A DNA stretch of 63,986 nucleotides, filler included, from Blastocystis sp. subtype 4 (lineage: Eukaryota), in assembly GCF_000743755.1 (NCBI RefSeq). It is 3 parts of 3 records of this genome, joined end to end, with 100 filler letters (N's around TTAATTAATTAA, not from the genome) between each part and the next. Parts side by side here need not be neighbours in the genome. Positions count along the whole stretch, not along the records: positions 1 to 25,032 come from NW_014569392.1; positions 25,133 to 49,795 come from NW_014569391.1; 1 more part is not named here. One strand, 5' to 3'. Under the pieces are notes generated by a model, which saw only the letters and a list, made by a program, of their open reading frames with translations, was not told the origin of the DNA and ran no database searches. The position numbers and the translations under genes are program-made. The stretch's first letter is position 1, and every line of letters begins with the position of its first letter. This document shows positions 13,123 to 26,461 of this stretch, one piece after another.

Positions 13123-14032
13123 ATGAATATACAACCGAATCAAGGTGAATGACCGTTGATTGTTTCATCCTGTAGAAGAGTTGCCTCCTGAAGAACTAGC
13201 TTGTTGTGCTATTTGTAATGATGGGGAGTGGATTGAAGGAGTAATGTTTAATTTGATTTGTAATGTAGGATCCTATTGTATTTTGTGATGGTTGCAATAT
13301 TGGTGTACATGCAACATGTTATGGAACTCCTCTGAGTTGTTTAGTTGAAAGAGAATGATTGTTAGTTCACCATATTCCTGAGGGAGACTGGTTTTGCGAA
13401 TCCTGCTTATCAAAACAAAAAGACTGTGTATTTTTGTTTCATTTTATTGACTTACAGAAGTGTATTCTTTGTGGGAGGACAGGTGGGGCGATGAAACGAA
13501 CTACAGACTTCCAGTGGGCCCATGTGAATTGCGCGCTGTGGATTCCTGAAGGTAGTTATGAGTTTATGTGTTCACTCGTAGTCTTTTTTCAAGATCCTGA
13601 TGGTCGTGACTACATTGACTATTTCCACATTCCAGATGAACGGTGGCACAAGCGATGCTGTTTCTGCAAGAGTACAGATGGTTGTTGTATGTCCTGCAGC
13701 GGTGTGAAGTGTGATTGTACGTTCCATGTGAGTTGTGGAATTGAACATAATGTAAGTCACAGATCTTGACTGTTTATACTCAGATATTGCTTGAATATCA
13801 TGTAGCAACGTCTCCAGACCAGCAAGATGTGATTTGTGGCTACTGTGAAAACCATACAAAGATGATGAAACGGAAGAGTAACTGGAGGGGAAAAACATTT
13901 AACAAATACAAGTGTTTGTTAGAACAAAGAAGAACAACTATTGAGAGAAGATCCGTTTTGATTGCATTTGAGTATAATCCAAAAACTCTACAGAGTCGTC
14001 GTTTCGTATGCTTCGACGGCAACAACCGTTAA
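13123..14032 (+). CDS. PHD/extended-PHD (PZP) protein, BRPF/JADE/NTO1-like
   Basis: CAIC...IVFCDGCNIGVHATCYG, IPEGDWFCESC, CILC...GGAMKRT...WAHVNCALWIPE, FHVSCG; 3' end uncertain. Confidence 0.85.
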
Positions 14033-14184
14033 TAATATGCTGAAACATTCTTTCTATTAACAAAAGTCCTCTTTGCATCGTATCAGAGGCCATTAAGTAG
14101 AACCGAGTGATGAGGACATGAAAGTACGCCATCTCTGTTCAAAAATGAATTGGGTTATAATTGGGTGTATAAGAAACAAATCAA

Positions 14185-17100
14185 TCATAAACCAACTCGA
14201 CGAGGTGATTTGATCTGAACACCTCGCTGCAACGATCTTCCAAAAGTACAAATATTCTCTGCTCGCTTATGCACTTTTGGCTTCTTTGCCTCCTCTTCCT
14301 CCTGTTTCTTCTTCATCTCCTCTTCCATCTCTTGTGCCATTTGCTCTTTATTTCGCTTCACAGCCTTTCGAGACTCCAGACTCGATAAGTAACTCTCTTT
14401 CAAGCTGAAAAACATCGGAGCCAATTCTGCAAGCCATTGAGCATCTACAGCGGTCACACATCGCATATATTCCTTTGTTGTCATCACTAGTTCGTGATAT
14501 ACAATATAATCAGGAGTATATCCTAATCCATACAAAGCACTTGTAGGATGCAATTGACAAGGAGTACCTGTCAGCATATTGATATAAGTTCCAATTCCCT
14601 TAATACGAGCAGCATTGAAGAAATAGGCAGAACAGACACATTTTCGGACTACGTCCCAATTGCTTCCACAAGATACATGGGGAATATGTTGTTGTTTCAT
14701 TAGATCCAATAATTGCTTTCGAACATTTCGAACCCGCATCATCGATCGAGCATGTAGATAGTTCCTTTCACACCATCTCTTGCTATATTGAGCTCTTTTC
14801 CATTGTAAAAATACATTGAGATAAGTTAAGTGATCACTTTCTGGAATGCTGAAATTCGCTCGAATGTTGTCTGCTTCCTCTTCCTTCTCAGGAGGACGAT
14901 CAAATATCTAGACATCATTTTCAATCCTGTCTCTTACATTGGGTACAGACAACATAGCAACAATTGTGACAATTTCAGCAGTACAATTGAGTTTCTCTGC
15001 CATCACCATCATCTTCTGCAAATATGGATCTAATGGATACTCCACCATCTTATCACCAATATCAGATAATGCACCAACATTCGTCAATGCACCCAAAATC
15101 CACAACTGATACATGGAGTTAGTAATATTCTCTTGTGGAGGAGGATCCATAAAATCAAAGTCGTAAAGATTCTCAACACCCAACTTCTTTAGAAGAAGAA
15201 TCACATTGCCCAGATTTGTTCGTTGAATTTCAGGGATCTGGTTCTGAAGCATTTGTGTGGTATACATGTACTCAGTATACATACGGAAGCAGGTACCAGG
15301 ACCTGTTCGACCTGCGCGACCTTTTCTTTGATCAGCATTAGCTTGAGAAATGGGAGTAACAACCAAAGCATCCATTCCAATCGCTGGATTGAATACTTTG
15401 AGTTTGCAATAACCACAGTCGACAACGTATTTGATACCATCCACAGTAAGCGAAGTTTCTGCGATGTTCGTACAGACCACACATTTTCTCATTCCTTTAG
15501 GTGTCTGCTTGAACACAAGACTCTGTTTTGATGCACTCTGAAGAGAGTACATTGGTAACATTAGCAATGGTGTTGTCTTCTTCTCCAACCTGTTAATTCT
15601 CTCATTCACAAGCTATGTATCATTCTTTGCAATCATATCTTACTTCACACACACATTCAATATCACTTTGACCAGTCATAAACACAAGTATATCACCCTC
15701 ATCCCAACCAAGATGAATTGTCAAAATCTGATTCACTACTGCATCCACATAGTCATCTGAGGGTGATTTCAAGTACACTGTATCGACATGGAATGTTCGA
15801 CCAGGAATATTAAATATTGGTGCATACCCAAAAAACTCACTAAATCGATCAGCATTCATCGTAGCTGAAGTAACAATAAGTTTCAAATCTGTTCGTTTTC
15901 GAAGAATCTCTTTCATAAGACCAAAGAGAATGTCAGTATTGAGAGATCGTTCATGAGCCTCATCCATAATCACAACTCGATAATTCTCAAGGTAATGATC
16001 ACTGATTGACTCTCGAAGTAGGATTCCATCTGTCATATATTTTATTCGAGTTTTTGGTGAAGTGCAGTCTTCAAATCGGATGGCATATCCTACTTCTTCT
16101 CCTAATTTCACTCCTTTCTCATCAGCTACACGCTTTGCAACACTAGAAGCTGCAACACGACGAGGTTGTGTACAACCAATCATCCCCTCTGTAGCATATC
16201 CCTCTTCATATAGATACTGAGTCAATTGGGTTGTCTTTCCTGAACCAGTTTCACCCACAATAATGGTCACTTGATTCTCTCGAATCACTGATAGTAACTC
16301 ATCACGCACAGAATAGATTGGTAAGTATTCACGTTGCTCTTGAATCGATTTCATTTGACTAAACAAACTGCTACCAGCTGCATCTGTAAGATGACCACTA
16401 TAACTATTCTCAGCTCTAATTCTCATCAATGCTCTATCATTCCTACTCCATTTCAGCATCTGTCTCCTTGTCCTTTCCATCTCCCTTCTCGTTCACTTCA
16501 CGAAGACCCATCACCTTTCCCATTTTAGATCCATTGAGCTCCCAGAAGCGATCCTTATTCATCACACGAGTCTTCTCACGTTCCTTCATCCATGATTTCA
16601 GTGTTTCACTTCCTTTCTTCGCTAGAACAGCAAAATCAGAAGTCGGATCCTTTACTGTCGAAACCATTTCAATCTGACGAGTGAATTGAATCTTACCACT
16701 CAGAAAAGGAGGTCGAATACTTGAAACTATCAGAGACACACGATCTTCATTTACATCTTCCGTCTACTTCTCAGTCGTTTCATATTTCTTACGGTTTCTC
16801 CTTGTTGTGTCAATACCCCACTTGCTTGTAAACGATTGTTCTCCCATTTCTCTTGATCAAATTGAAGTGCACTTTGACGAGCTGACATATGAGGATTCTT
16901 TCGATCACCCATCTCTCGTTTATATCGCTCTTCCATTCGAGAAAAGGCTTCACTGTTGCCAGTAAAAATACTATCAGGATTCTCTGTTACCTGACCTTCC
17001 TCTGTTGTGTAAAATGCATCATCCGAATCTGCATCACTCATTCCTAAGAAATCAGCGGAGAATCCATCATCCTCATCCAAAAGAGGATTTCTTCTACTAT

Positions 17101-17647
17101 GACCACCATAGCGAGCAGGGGTTTCTTCCGTTAGGCTGCCTGTATACTAAATATTACAAAAGAAAAACAGAATCACAGAATGGCTCCTCTTTTCTCCTCG
17201 TGTTGCTCGTCCCAATGACTCCTCACGAGAAGGGGTTTGAGATGCACTTTCCTGACTAGAAGAATGACTTGAAGGAAGAGGAGTACTCCCTACACGCTCA
17301 TCCCAATACAAAATTCCAAACGAATAGACTGAAGTGGCATAGCTTCTTCCCACTCATCATCACTTCCTTGATTACCCGTTAATTCCTTCCAAGACTCCAC
17401 ATATCGCTTTGACAAACCTTGTTCTCGGTGAGAATGCCTTGGTTCATAATCTCGATGACGAGAATGACTAATAGATCATCCTTCCATATCAAATTCGATA
17501 CGATCGATTCGATGAACCATGGAAATCACGTTCGTCTTCTCTCTTCCTCCTTTCTCTGGAATCTTCATTATCTCGATCTGACTTCCGAGAGGAACTTCCA
17601 CCATCCCGTTCTTGATGATGATGACGTCTTGATGGAGGAGGAAACAT
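14185..17647 (-). CDS. PRP16: Splicing DEAH helicase Prp16
   Basis: [46 protein letters not shown] and [10 protein letters not shown] are Prp16-typical. Confidence 0.93.
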
Positions 17648-17739
17648 GATTTGTTCAATTTCAACAAGAAATGAAAATCGGGCATATTTCTGTCACCCAT
17701 TCAAAACAGCATTTCTCCTTTATCCCGTGATTTTGGGGT

Positions 17740-19395
17740 ATGTACACCTCTTTTTTCCTTGTTTTATCGATTATCATTCTTGCCAATGCAGACGTTGTTC
17801 GGGGGTAATGTCTTTGAGTTGTTATGACTCGAAGAGGAATTAGTTTTCTGACAACAGAGAATCTGGATGGGTTGCTAGAAGGTGGAAATACTGTTTTGGC
17901 GGTATGGAATAAGGCTGATTGCACCAAGTGCGCAACTGACTTCTGGGATGTCCGTTATTTGCTCTACGCCTTCAAGGATGAGTCTGATGTTTTGTATTGG
18001 TTGGTACCTCAATTCTAGTTCTTCATTCTTGGTACAACAACAGGAACAGACCCTGAACTCGATCAAAACTATAATGTGGACACTGCATATGAAGGGTCTG
18101 TTTTTCGTTTATTTGTGAAAGGATCTCGGAGTCCTTATCTTCCTGACGAGGATTTTGACCTTGTAAAATATTGTCTTTCATTATCACTTCGTAGTTGACA
18201 TGGATTTCATTGAAGACGCAATATGTTCCTGCTCAAGACTATGTCTTCCATCTAAACGATGATACTCATGCACAGTTTGTGAAACGCACAAAGAAGACAA
18301 ATGCTCTTGTATTCTTATACATTCCACCCAACCAGAAATGCCAATTCATCGCTCAAACATACTTTTCTGTGGCCTCCCTGTTCAAGGATGAGAAATCTAT
18401 CATCTTTGCTAAGGTGAATTGTTTCGAAACACCTAGGCTATGTGGTTTTTTAAATGCGCCAAATGTTCCTGCCTTCCGCTATGTTCCATACAACGCGACA
18501 GAGCGAGCGATCACGCAGCCACGCTTCAATGAAGGAGAAGATATGGTGGATTACCTAAATGATTATCTGGGTGAGTGAAGGAAGAGGAAGTAATGTATAG
18601 GAACCTATGTGAGTCATCAAGGGGGGTTAAATGAACTGTATGGTCGTGAAGAGGAATTGGATGTCTTGGCCCACGAGTATATGGCAATGGTATTGGATAA
18701 ACAGTGATATGAAATATAGACAACTCGAAAGGAGTATCTCTCTGTAATGAAGAAAGTTTCCAAACTGAAGAACAAATACCGTGCTTCTTATCGTTACTAC
18801 AAACTTATGAAAGAGGTATAAACAGAAAGAGAATGGAACATAGATGCTTCAACGAGGAGAAGATGCGTTAAAGGAAGAAATCGAGTCAGTAGAGATTGCT
18901 CTTAAGGATACTTCGAAAGAAGACAAGGAATATGTGAAACTTATCGCTCGAAGAAACATTGCTTATCAATTTGAACGATTTGATTGGAATCATACAGTGA
19001 TCTCATTGAATCAATACAATTTTGATTATGTCCTAAGGAATCACAATGTGTTGGTCAAATTCTTTATGCCTTGGTGTTCCTATAGTCAATCCTTTGCTCC
19101 AATCTTTGTAGGAAAAGAAGGAAGGAATGATCGATAGGAAGAGGTGGCTAAGGAAGTGAATGATGTGGTTCTAGCAGAAGTGAATCTTGAAGACTATCCT
19201 GTGTTTGCTGTAGGTGAATGGAAAAGGAATGAGGAATAGACTCGATACCATATCAGTGCATATCCTACACTGAAGTGGTTCTCCAAGGATGGAGAGAAGC
19301 GACTTCCTATTGATGTAGATGTAGAGAGAACAAAAGAAGCCTTAGTCCAGTATTGTGAAGATATGACAAAGGAACATGAAGAGAGCGAGTTATGA
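17740..19395 (+). CDS. PDI-family ER protein with several thioredoxin folds
   Basis: Signal peptide, CTKC, IIFAKVNC, VLVKFFMPWCSYS, YPTLKWF, C-terminal ESEL. Confidence 0.8.
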
Positions 19396-19404
19396 TTTGT
19401 TTCC

Positions 19405-19412
19405 TACAAACA
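19405..19412 (-). terminator. Polyadenylation motif TGTTTGTA of UFC1
   Basis: Matches the Blastocystis TGTTTGTT motif, 4 nt after an in-frame T. Confidence 0.8.
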
Positions 19413-19416
19413 CCCG

Positions 19417-20016
19417 ATGCTATCATACCAAATTCAACTAAATGAGGAATCTCCACAGCTAACCAAGGTGCCAACTAATGATCATCCACAATACAACACA
19501 AATACTCCAAGAGCCATTGCATGAGCAATACCAAAGGTTGGACTATTCTTAGCCCAAAGGGGATTAAAATGAATGTCGCAGCAAATTTTTCCTCCTCGAT
19601 ACATTTTGGGTGTCTTCCCATCGAGTTCTGGTAGACGAATCTCTGGAGGACTTACAGGATACGTTGCTGGAAGCTACACATTTATTAAACACAATTGTGT
19701 GACATCAAATTCAACGCGAAACTCATACTTCACCCGTTTGTAGTAGATCCAACAAGTTCCATTCCAGCTAACTCATCACTTTGACCCAACAAAACTACTG
19801 AATGCCACTTTTGTCACAACTGAGTTTGAACCAATCACTATCATTCTTCTTATTCAATTTGACATACTAGAATGTTATTCCAACCACAACAACTACTGCA
19901 ATTAAAGATACTAACTCTTCTTTCAGACGCTCTTGCCAATGATCCTTATCTTTTGGACTGGCCGTCGAATGGAGTAATGGAATCTTTGATACAGTCTCTT
20001 CAATGTCGTCACTCAT
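19417..20016 (-). CDS. UFC1: Ufm1-conjugating enzyme UFC1 (no genomic stop at expected end)
   Basis: [43 protein letters not shown]. Confidence 0.93.
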
Positions 20017-20114
20017 ATCCAATCGCTATTAAGAATTCTATTCGATAACCGCGGTATTCACAATTCATGTTCTATATCTCATTTCAGCAGGTTTGTAAAG
20101 TGGACGTTCCATGA

Positions 20115-21164
20115 ATGAGTGAGTCTCAAGTGAGCGAAATCAATGCCACGGATACTCCAACAACTGACACGATGTCCCCTTTATTGACAGTTCCAGTGTC
20201 TGAAAGTTAGGTTGATCTCAGCATTCAATTATAGGGCCAGTTCGATTCAAACCAAAACATCATTTGTTTACTCGTACTATTCCGTAAATTGTAATTTATA
20301 TAGGTCTCCTACTTCCTCATGAACGAGTTGCCGAGAATCCACCGGAAGATAAGCCTAAGAAGCACCATCGAGGATACAAGAGACATTCAAAGGAAATACT
20401 TCGTGACATCCGTTTTGCTAAATCTATTGTTGATAGTATCAACGAAACTTCCCATTCGATTGTGTTTGATGATCTGCATGTCAATTTCAATGGCCTAACA
20501 TGTAGAGAGAAGATGGTACTGAATGATGAGGAAGTTATTTCGCATGAGGATCTATCTCTCCAAGCAAGGGAAGTGCTTATGCTTTAGAAGTATTATTTTT
20601 AGGTTATTGCGAATGAAATGGAGCCAGTTCAGTATTGCGAGAAGAAATGGAATCCTAGTGTGGAGCCTGTGAATGCTGATGTATTTTGCGTTTCTGAAGA
20701 AGATATTGAGTCCATTCTAGCAGGAGAATTACGCCTACCTTATCCTATTGAGAATGAAGATGCTTTCCAATCGATTCAGGATCAGTTGGATACTTCTATT
20801 GTGCGTAATCTACCTCCTGAGTTTTGGGGTTCTCGTTTCTATCTGGATTCTTCTACAGCCTTAACATGCTCCCCAGTCCAGACACTCCCTCCTGCCTATG
20901 ACGATCTTCTTCAAAAGCTTGTGTGCATAGCGAACCGAAAGGAACCTCGAATTATGCAAGTAGTTCATACTCGCTTTAGTAGGAAACGCTCAAATCGCTA
21001 TCTCAATGAGTTGTGTTCTAGTTTTTCCACAATAGTAAAACCCTCGTATATTCGGTTGTCCTTACCTTATGAGTAGAATTCTGAAGAAGGCATTGAAGCG
21101 GATGCACGAAATATCGGATTCCCTTTATACTATTTCTTCAGATAAACGATCGAAAGTCATTTAG
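20115..21164 (+). CDS. Hypothetical protein
   Basis: Consistent spliced frame through ORF 20618-21076, ending TAG then TGTTTCTT. Confidence 0.55.
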
Positions 21165-21177
21165 TCAATTGTTTCTT

Positions 21178-21873
21178 ATGACTCATTTTCTTTTCTTTTA
21201 TTTTTTGGCTGTAGTTTCCTGTCATCTCACAGAATTGAAACAAGGTGATCATTTACATGTTTCTGTGCAGTTTTTACATCAGGATGTACGATTTGAAGAA
21301 CGTATGTAATTTAGCTCCGTACAGGCTGGCTTTCCCTTCCTTCAAATCAATTACCTTTATTCATGAGAAAGAGTAGCATTGCTGTTCCTCTCTCCTTATC
21401 AAATATGCAGTATAATACCCTAAAGCCTATCAAGCTGTAATCATAAATGTGGAGTACTAATTATAGGTCGTTTGAGTTTCCAGATATCAATCGCCAAACA
21501 ACTTGGCTTACAGTGTACGATGGACGTGGTGTGTTTGCAAAAAGAATAATTTTGAATATTCAAGTGAAAGATCATAACGTGCTATGGATTGATGAGCATG
21601 TTGACTGTTACTATGAATACCATGATTTAATCTATAGATTACCCCACAATTTTCCATTCCGGAACCAAACTTCCGGACACTATCGAAATCGTATTGAACT
21701 GGCATTCAGAAAGTGCATTTAATAGTACAAAAGGATTTCCTGTATTGATGTGGGTTGTTACACTTGGTACACTTGTGATTTCATTTGGTATCTGGATTTC
21801 CCATATTACTGAGGAAAGAGAGTCTATATTGAATCAACAATTCAAGCAGCCTAAGCCACAGAAGAATGATTGA
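21178..21873 (+). CDS. Type I membrane protein of unknown function
   Basis: Signal peptide MTHFLFFYFLAVVSC, luminal domain, TM LMWVVTLGTLVISFGIWI, tail ending KND-TGA. Confidence 0.55.
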
Positions 21874-21982
21874 AGTCCTTTATGTATGATATGACTATGT
21901 GTTTGCTTGTAAAACGTGTATATCAGTCCTTAGAACTCACTTTAATTCACTGATTGAATAATAGAATGAAAGAAAAGAGAAA

Positions 21983-22090
21983 AGAACAGCATTGAGACTT
22001 CTCAGCGGGTCCCCCACACTGGTACTAACTCAACTCGTAATGACTTAGCTTCCTAGATCAGACGGGTTAGGCACTAGATATGACCGTTCT
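21983..22090 (-). rRNA. 5S rRNA, 108-nt short variant or pseudogene
   Basis: AGAACGGTCATATC...CCCGTCTGATC...GAAGCTAAG...TTAGTACCAGTGTGGGGGACC...TGCTGTTCT; 5' and 3' ends pair; T-rich Pol III terminator follows. Confidence 0.9.
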
Positions 22091-22312
22091 TGTTTTTTTC
22101 CTTTCACTAACTCTTTTCAACAACACGTTCTTATCCCTCACTTCACTGCAAATCTTTGAACATCATTGCAATCAACTCTACTCATCAACAGCAGGAAGTT
22201 AATTACTATATGAGAGATAGTTGGAATGGCATTTGCTTTTCCTTTGTATTGAATTCCCACGGTTCTGTCAATCATGCAAGTAGCCACTATTCTGCTCATT
22301 GTTTATTTGATT

Positions 22313-23311
22313 ATGTCGGTGGATCCAAACAACTTCAACTGTATGCTTCTATACACTTTAGAAGTAATAATTCGTAGCCTTTCAAAAGGGTATGAGAGCT
22401 GCCCAGCCATTTATTTGTGGTTGTATCTCAGCGTGTACAGCATCTGCTTGTGTATTTCTTGACTATTTCATTCACTGTAGGTTCAACCTATTGATCTGAT
22501 CAAGACTCGAATCCAGCTGGTTGGAAAATCTCAGAACCTCGGAGCCTTCGCTATCACCAAGAATCTTATTAAAGAAGAAGGAGTTATGAAGCTCTATGCT
22601 GGTCTTTCGGCCTCTTTAATGAGACAGGCCATTTATGGAACAGCACGTCTTGGACTCCATCGTGTATTCACTAATAAGCTGAAGGAACGTAATGGTGGAA
22701 CGATCTCCTTTTTTGCCTCTTCTCTTTCTTCTATCACTTCGGGAGCTCTTGCTGGTATGATTGGAAATCCTTTCGATATTGCAATGGTTCGAATGCAAGC
22801 TGATGGTCTTCTTCCTGTTGAACAGCGTCGTGGATATCGAAACTGCTTCGTTGCTCTTGTTCGTATCACAAAGGAAGAGGGATTATGGACTTTGTGGAGA
22901 GGTTGTCTTCCTATGATCTTCCGTGCGATGTCAATGAATTTTGGTATGATGGCATCGTATGATCAAGCTCAACAGTTCTTCGACAGAAAGCTTGGTAAGG
23001 GTTTGTATTCTAATCTTCTCTCCTCCGCTGTGTCTGGTTTCTGTTGTGCTTTCGCTTCTCTTCCCTTTGATTTAATGAAGAACCGTCTCATGTATATGAA
23101 GGCGGATCCTGTAACCAAGGAGATGCCCTACAAGAACCTGTGGGACTGCTTTATCAAGATCTTTAAGAATGAAGGTATTACTGCTTATTGGAAGGGCTTC
23201 TGGACCTATTATTTCCGTTGTGCTCCTCATGCCATGATTATTCTGTTGGTTAATGAAGCTTTGATTCCTGGTTATGAAAAGCTCTGTTTCGGTGGACGTG
23301 TAGCTAAGTAA
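22313..23311 (+). CDS. Mitochondrial carrier, 2-oxoglutarate/malate or dicarboxylate type (SLC25A11-like)
   Basis: PIDLIKTRIQ, GLSASLMRQAIYGTARLG, PFDIAMVRMQADG, PFDLMKNR. Confidence 0.92.
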
Positions 23312-23383
23312 GTGTAGGAGAATCCATGATTTAACGCCAATTGATTGTTGAAACAAATAACTGAGAGTACAACACAGCAAGAA

Positions 23384-24189
23384 TCACCTGAAGAAACGTG
23401 AAATCATTGAGAAGAACATCGATACTGCCTTCCGAATTGTCAAAAGCAATACTATGATTAGGTCTCACCCATAATTGCTACATGAAGTCATCCGTGATCC
23501 CGCAGGAAAGGATTCAAGTACAAAGAGAACCAGCATGACCATCTACTACTCACCATCTATATTTGACACATACCTGGAAGAGAGAGGCAAAGACCGTTCC
23601 AATATAAGATTTCCAAACGACAGAACAGAGGATTGACAATACTATGTAAGAGATTTCAATAATAAGTACCTAAGGAAACAATATATAGTACCGTTTTGAC
23701 AACACGTTCAGGTTGGAAGATGGTAGAGAAGAACTGAGAGGGTCCACGAAACGTTGCCAAAGCTGCAATAGTCATAAAACTACCCATTGTAAAACTGATT
23801 GTGAACTTTGCCGGTCGTATCAACAACTATGAATCACACAAAGTCCTGGATAAAACTGTTGGAAGACCAATCAGATAGGCAATCAAAAAGAATACGAGTG
23901 CAAGACCAAAGAATACCAATACTTCCTTCATTGTGTCACCTCTATGATTTAATTCAAAAAAGAATTTATACGCTTCTGATATCCTTGTTCCAACCGTCTG
24001 CACCCGACCTACTAATCCTACTGACTCCACATCTCCGTTATTTCCATTTCCTGAATTAAATATCGATGAAAACCATCTGCTTGAAGAAGAATTGTCTGGT
24101 TGAAGGGACTAGTTGTCAAATCATAACAGTTTGCTCACAGGTTCTTTCTTTTGATCTTCATACCATTCTCCAAAGCTCTTTGAAGGCAT
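23384..24189 (-). CDS. Vesicle transport protein, Got1/SFT2 family
   Basis: Four hydrophobic helices, TMGSFMTIAALATFRGP motif. Confidence 0.75.
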
Positions 24190-24307
24190 TGAATTGCGAT
24201 TCAGTGTATTATTAGTCTCAGTCAATGAGATAGTGAGGAACAACTATTAGAGCGATTTTGGTTGTCTTATGCCCAATTTGTTTCCAAGTCATTTTCTCGC
24301 TATCCAG

Positions 24308-25256
24308 ATGCTTTCGTTGGCATTGAAATATCGCTTCGGACTCCAGATCATTCAAAGAGCTGGAAAATACTCAGCGAGTCGTTTCTTTGCTACCAAACAA
24401 GATGCAAAGGAAACTGACAATCCAACGAATATTCCAAGTGGAAATGAGGATGTAAAACCAGTTGAGACGCAAAGCAGGAAGATAGACTCTGAGCTCCCTG
24501 ATTTCCCGGAATATCCCTTCATACGAGAAGATTTTGTGTCAGGAATTCGTAACAGAGACTATCTAAAGACTCTTCCAAAGGAGAAGCGAATCGACCTTCT
24601 GTCAAAGAAGTCTGGAGACATTGTTTACTTTGATGATGAGGAATTCAAACATTACTTTCCTCATGAGTAGTTCTTTGGATAAATCGACTAATGAATTAGT
24701 TTCTATGCTGGTTTTGAAAAACAGAAGGAATTGACACTAATGAACAGTCTCCAGATCCGCAAGGAAGCTATTACTTTGATGCAGAAGTTGAGAGGTATTT
24801 ATTGGAGTATGATGTCATATCTAGCTTTTCAGAATGGAGAGTCCATTAGTATGTATCCATTTTTAGCTCTAAGTGGTCCTCGAGGAAGTGGTAAATCGTA
24901 TGAATGGATTGTAAAAATGATGTGAAGAATGGTTCTTCGTACGTTGTATTACTACTGTCGTCGTAATAATTGGATTACTCTGTTTGTTCCCTCTGCTCGT
25001 ATTTGGACTCATCAAGGTATTGATATCAAGAGNNNNNNNNNNNNNNNNNNNNNNNNNNNNNNNNNNNNNNNNNNNNTTAATTAATTAANNNNNNNNNNNN
25101 NNNNNNNNNNNNNNNNNNNNNNNNNNNNNNNNTCTAGAGTTCGCTACAGAGTCTCGTGAAGAATTGATGTATGACAAAGCCAAATTGCTGCACAATGGAG
25201 ACGTGTGGGAACCTCTTCTTGCGATGAATATCGCCACTGATATCATGTATCGATAA
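24308..25256 (+). CDS. DAP3: Mitochondrial ribosomal protein mS29/DAP3 (interrupted by assembly gap)
   Basis: Presequence-like N-terminus, LQIRKEA, P-loop [24 protein letters not shown]. Confidence 0.75.
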
Positions 25257-25300
25257 ACGTAAATCATTCTTTCCATTGTTTGCCTTCCTAATAAACACTT

Positions 25301-26403
25301 CTAACCAAGACTAGGAGGAACAACTATGTACTCTTCTCCCTCTTCTTCATCTTCTTCTTCGAGGCAAGGAAAATCATCCTCTTCCACGATGTACTTCACA
25401 ATATCATACACAAACTTTAGGTCGGAGTCATTACAGATCACCACATCAAAGGTACTCTTGTAGGCATCCATACGCTCCTGGACTCTAGGAATAAGTCTAT
25501 CTACACTTACTCACTTGTCATTCAGTAACCCAATAGCAATTTGATTCTGATAAGCAACTCCATCAGACATCCGAATGTCACCAAGATTATCCCCAATTAA
25601 AATGATATTATCACGAGTACGCTGACGGTTCACGTAGGATCGGTGAGCCATGTTCTTGTTGGTAGAGTTGATGCACTCACCTTCGAATCCAACTAACACT
25701 CCATTATCATCGAATACCATCTGATTTGATACAATCTCAACATATGTATTCTTTCCAACCAAAATATTGCATTTCTGACGGAGTACTTCCTAAACATTAC
25801 TACAAGCTCAGAGAACCCACTTCTAAGACATCTCCTAGTCCTGCCGAGAAGAGGAGAAAGGGAACTTGGTTGTCTCGGCAGTAGTTGATTAACTCTACCG
25901 AATCGTCTCGGATTCGGATATCGCTTAATTCAACTGCCCTGACAATATCCGATTTTTTAAGCTTCATGTTAATAAGGAGATCATGGGCTTTGGACCACCA
26001 TTCCTTCATCTTTTCTGACTTAACAACAGGATCCAAACTACAAATCAAATACAATCCATTTCAAAACTTTGGATCAATCTCAATAGGATAGTATTCTTCC
26101 TACTCCTAAAAGCAAGAATCAACAACCTACTTGGAGACGTTTGGTATCTGCGCGATAATTATCAGGGAAAAAGGGACATCTCTCCAGAATACCGTGACAA
26201 GAAGGATTTCGTTCGGTACCTTCCAAATAGAAAGTCGAAAGAGTGTAATCGAAATCTGAAATTACCTGCAACTCATGTCTAAGGAAATATCGTACTTGTA
26301 ATGCTCGACTACCATCCTTCTTCATTTGGATAAGCTTTTCCCAAAATACCTTCCTGTTCGAGATGATGATATTCTTATTAAGCGGAAGTCGAAACTGGTT
26401 CAT
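25301..26403 (-). CDS. Pyrimidine 5'-nucleotidase (NT5C3, HAD family)
   Basis: VISDFDYTLS, MKEWWSKAH, LLFSAGLGD, ILIGDNLGD. Confidence 0.92.
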
Positions 26404-26461
26404 TTTTTATGCTAGTTACCAAAGAGCCGTTTTACGAATCTTCTTAGAACAAAAGACTCAA

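Noticed and set aside
25033..25131. TTAATTAATTAA palindrome inside an N run (also near 49840)
   Set aside because: Scaffolding spacer with stops in all six frames; assembly artefact
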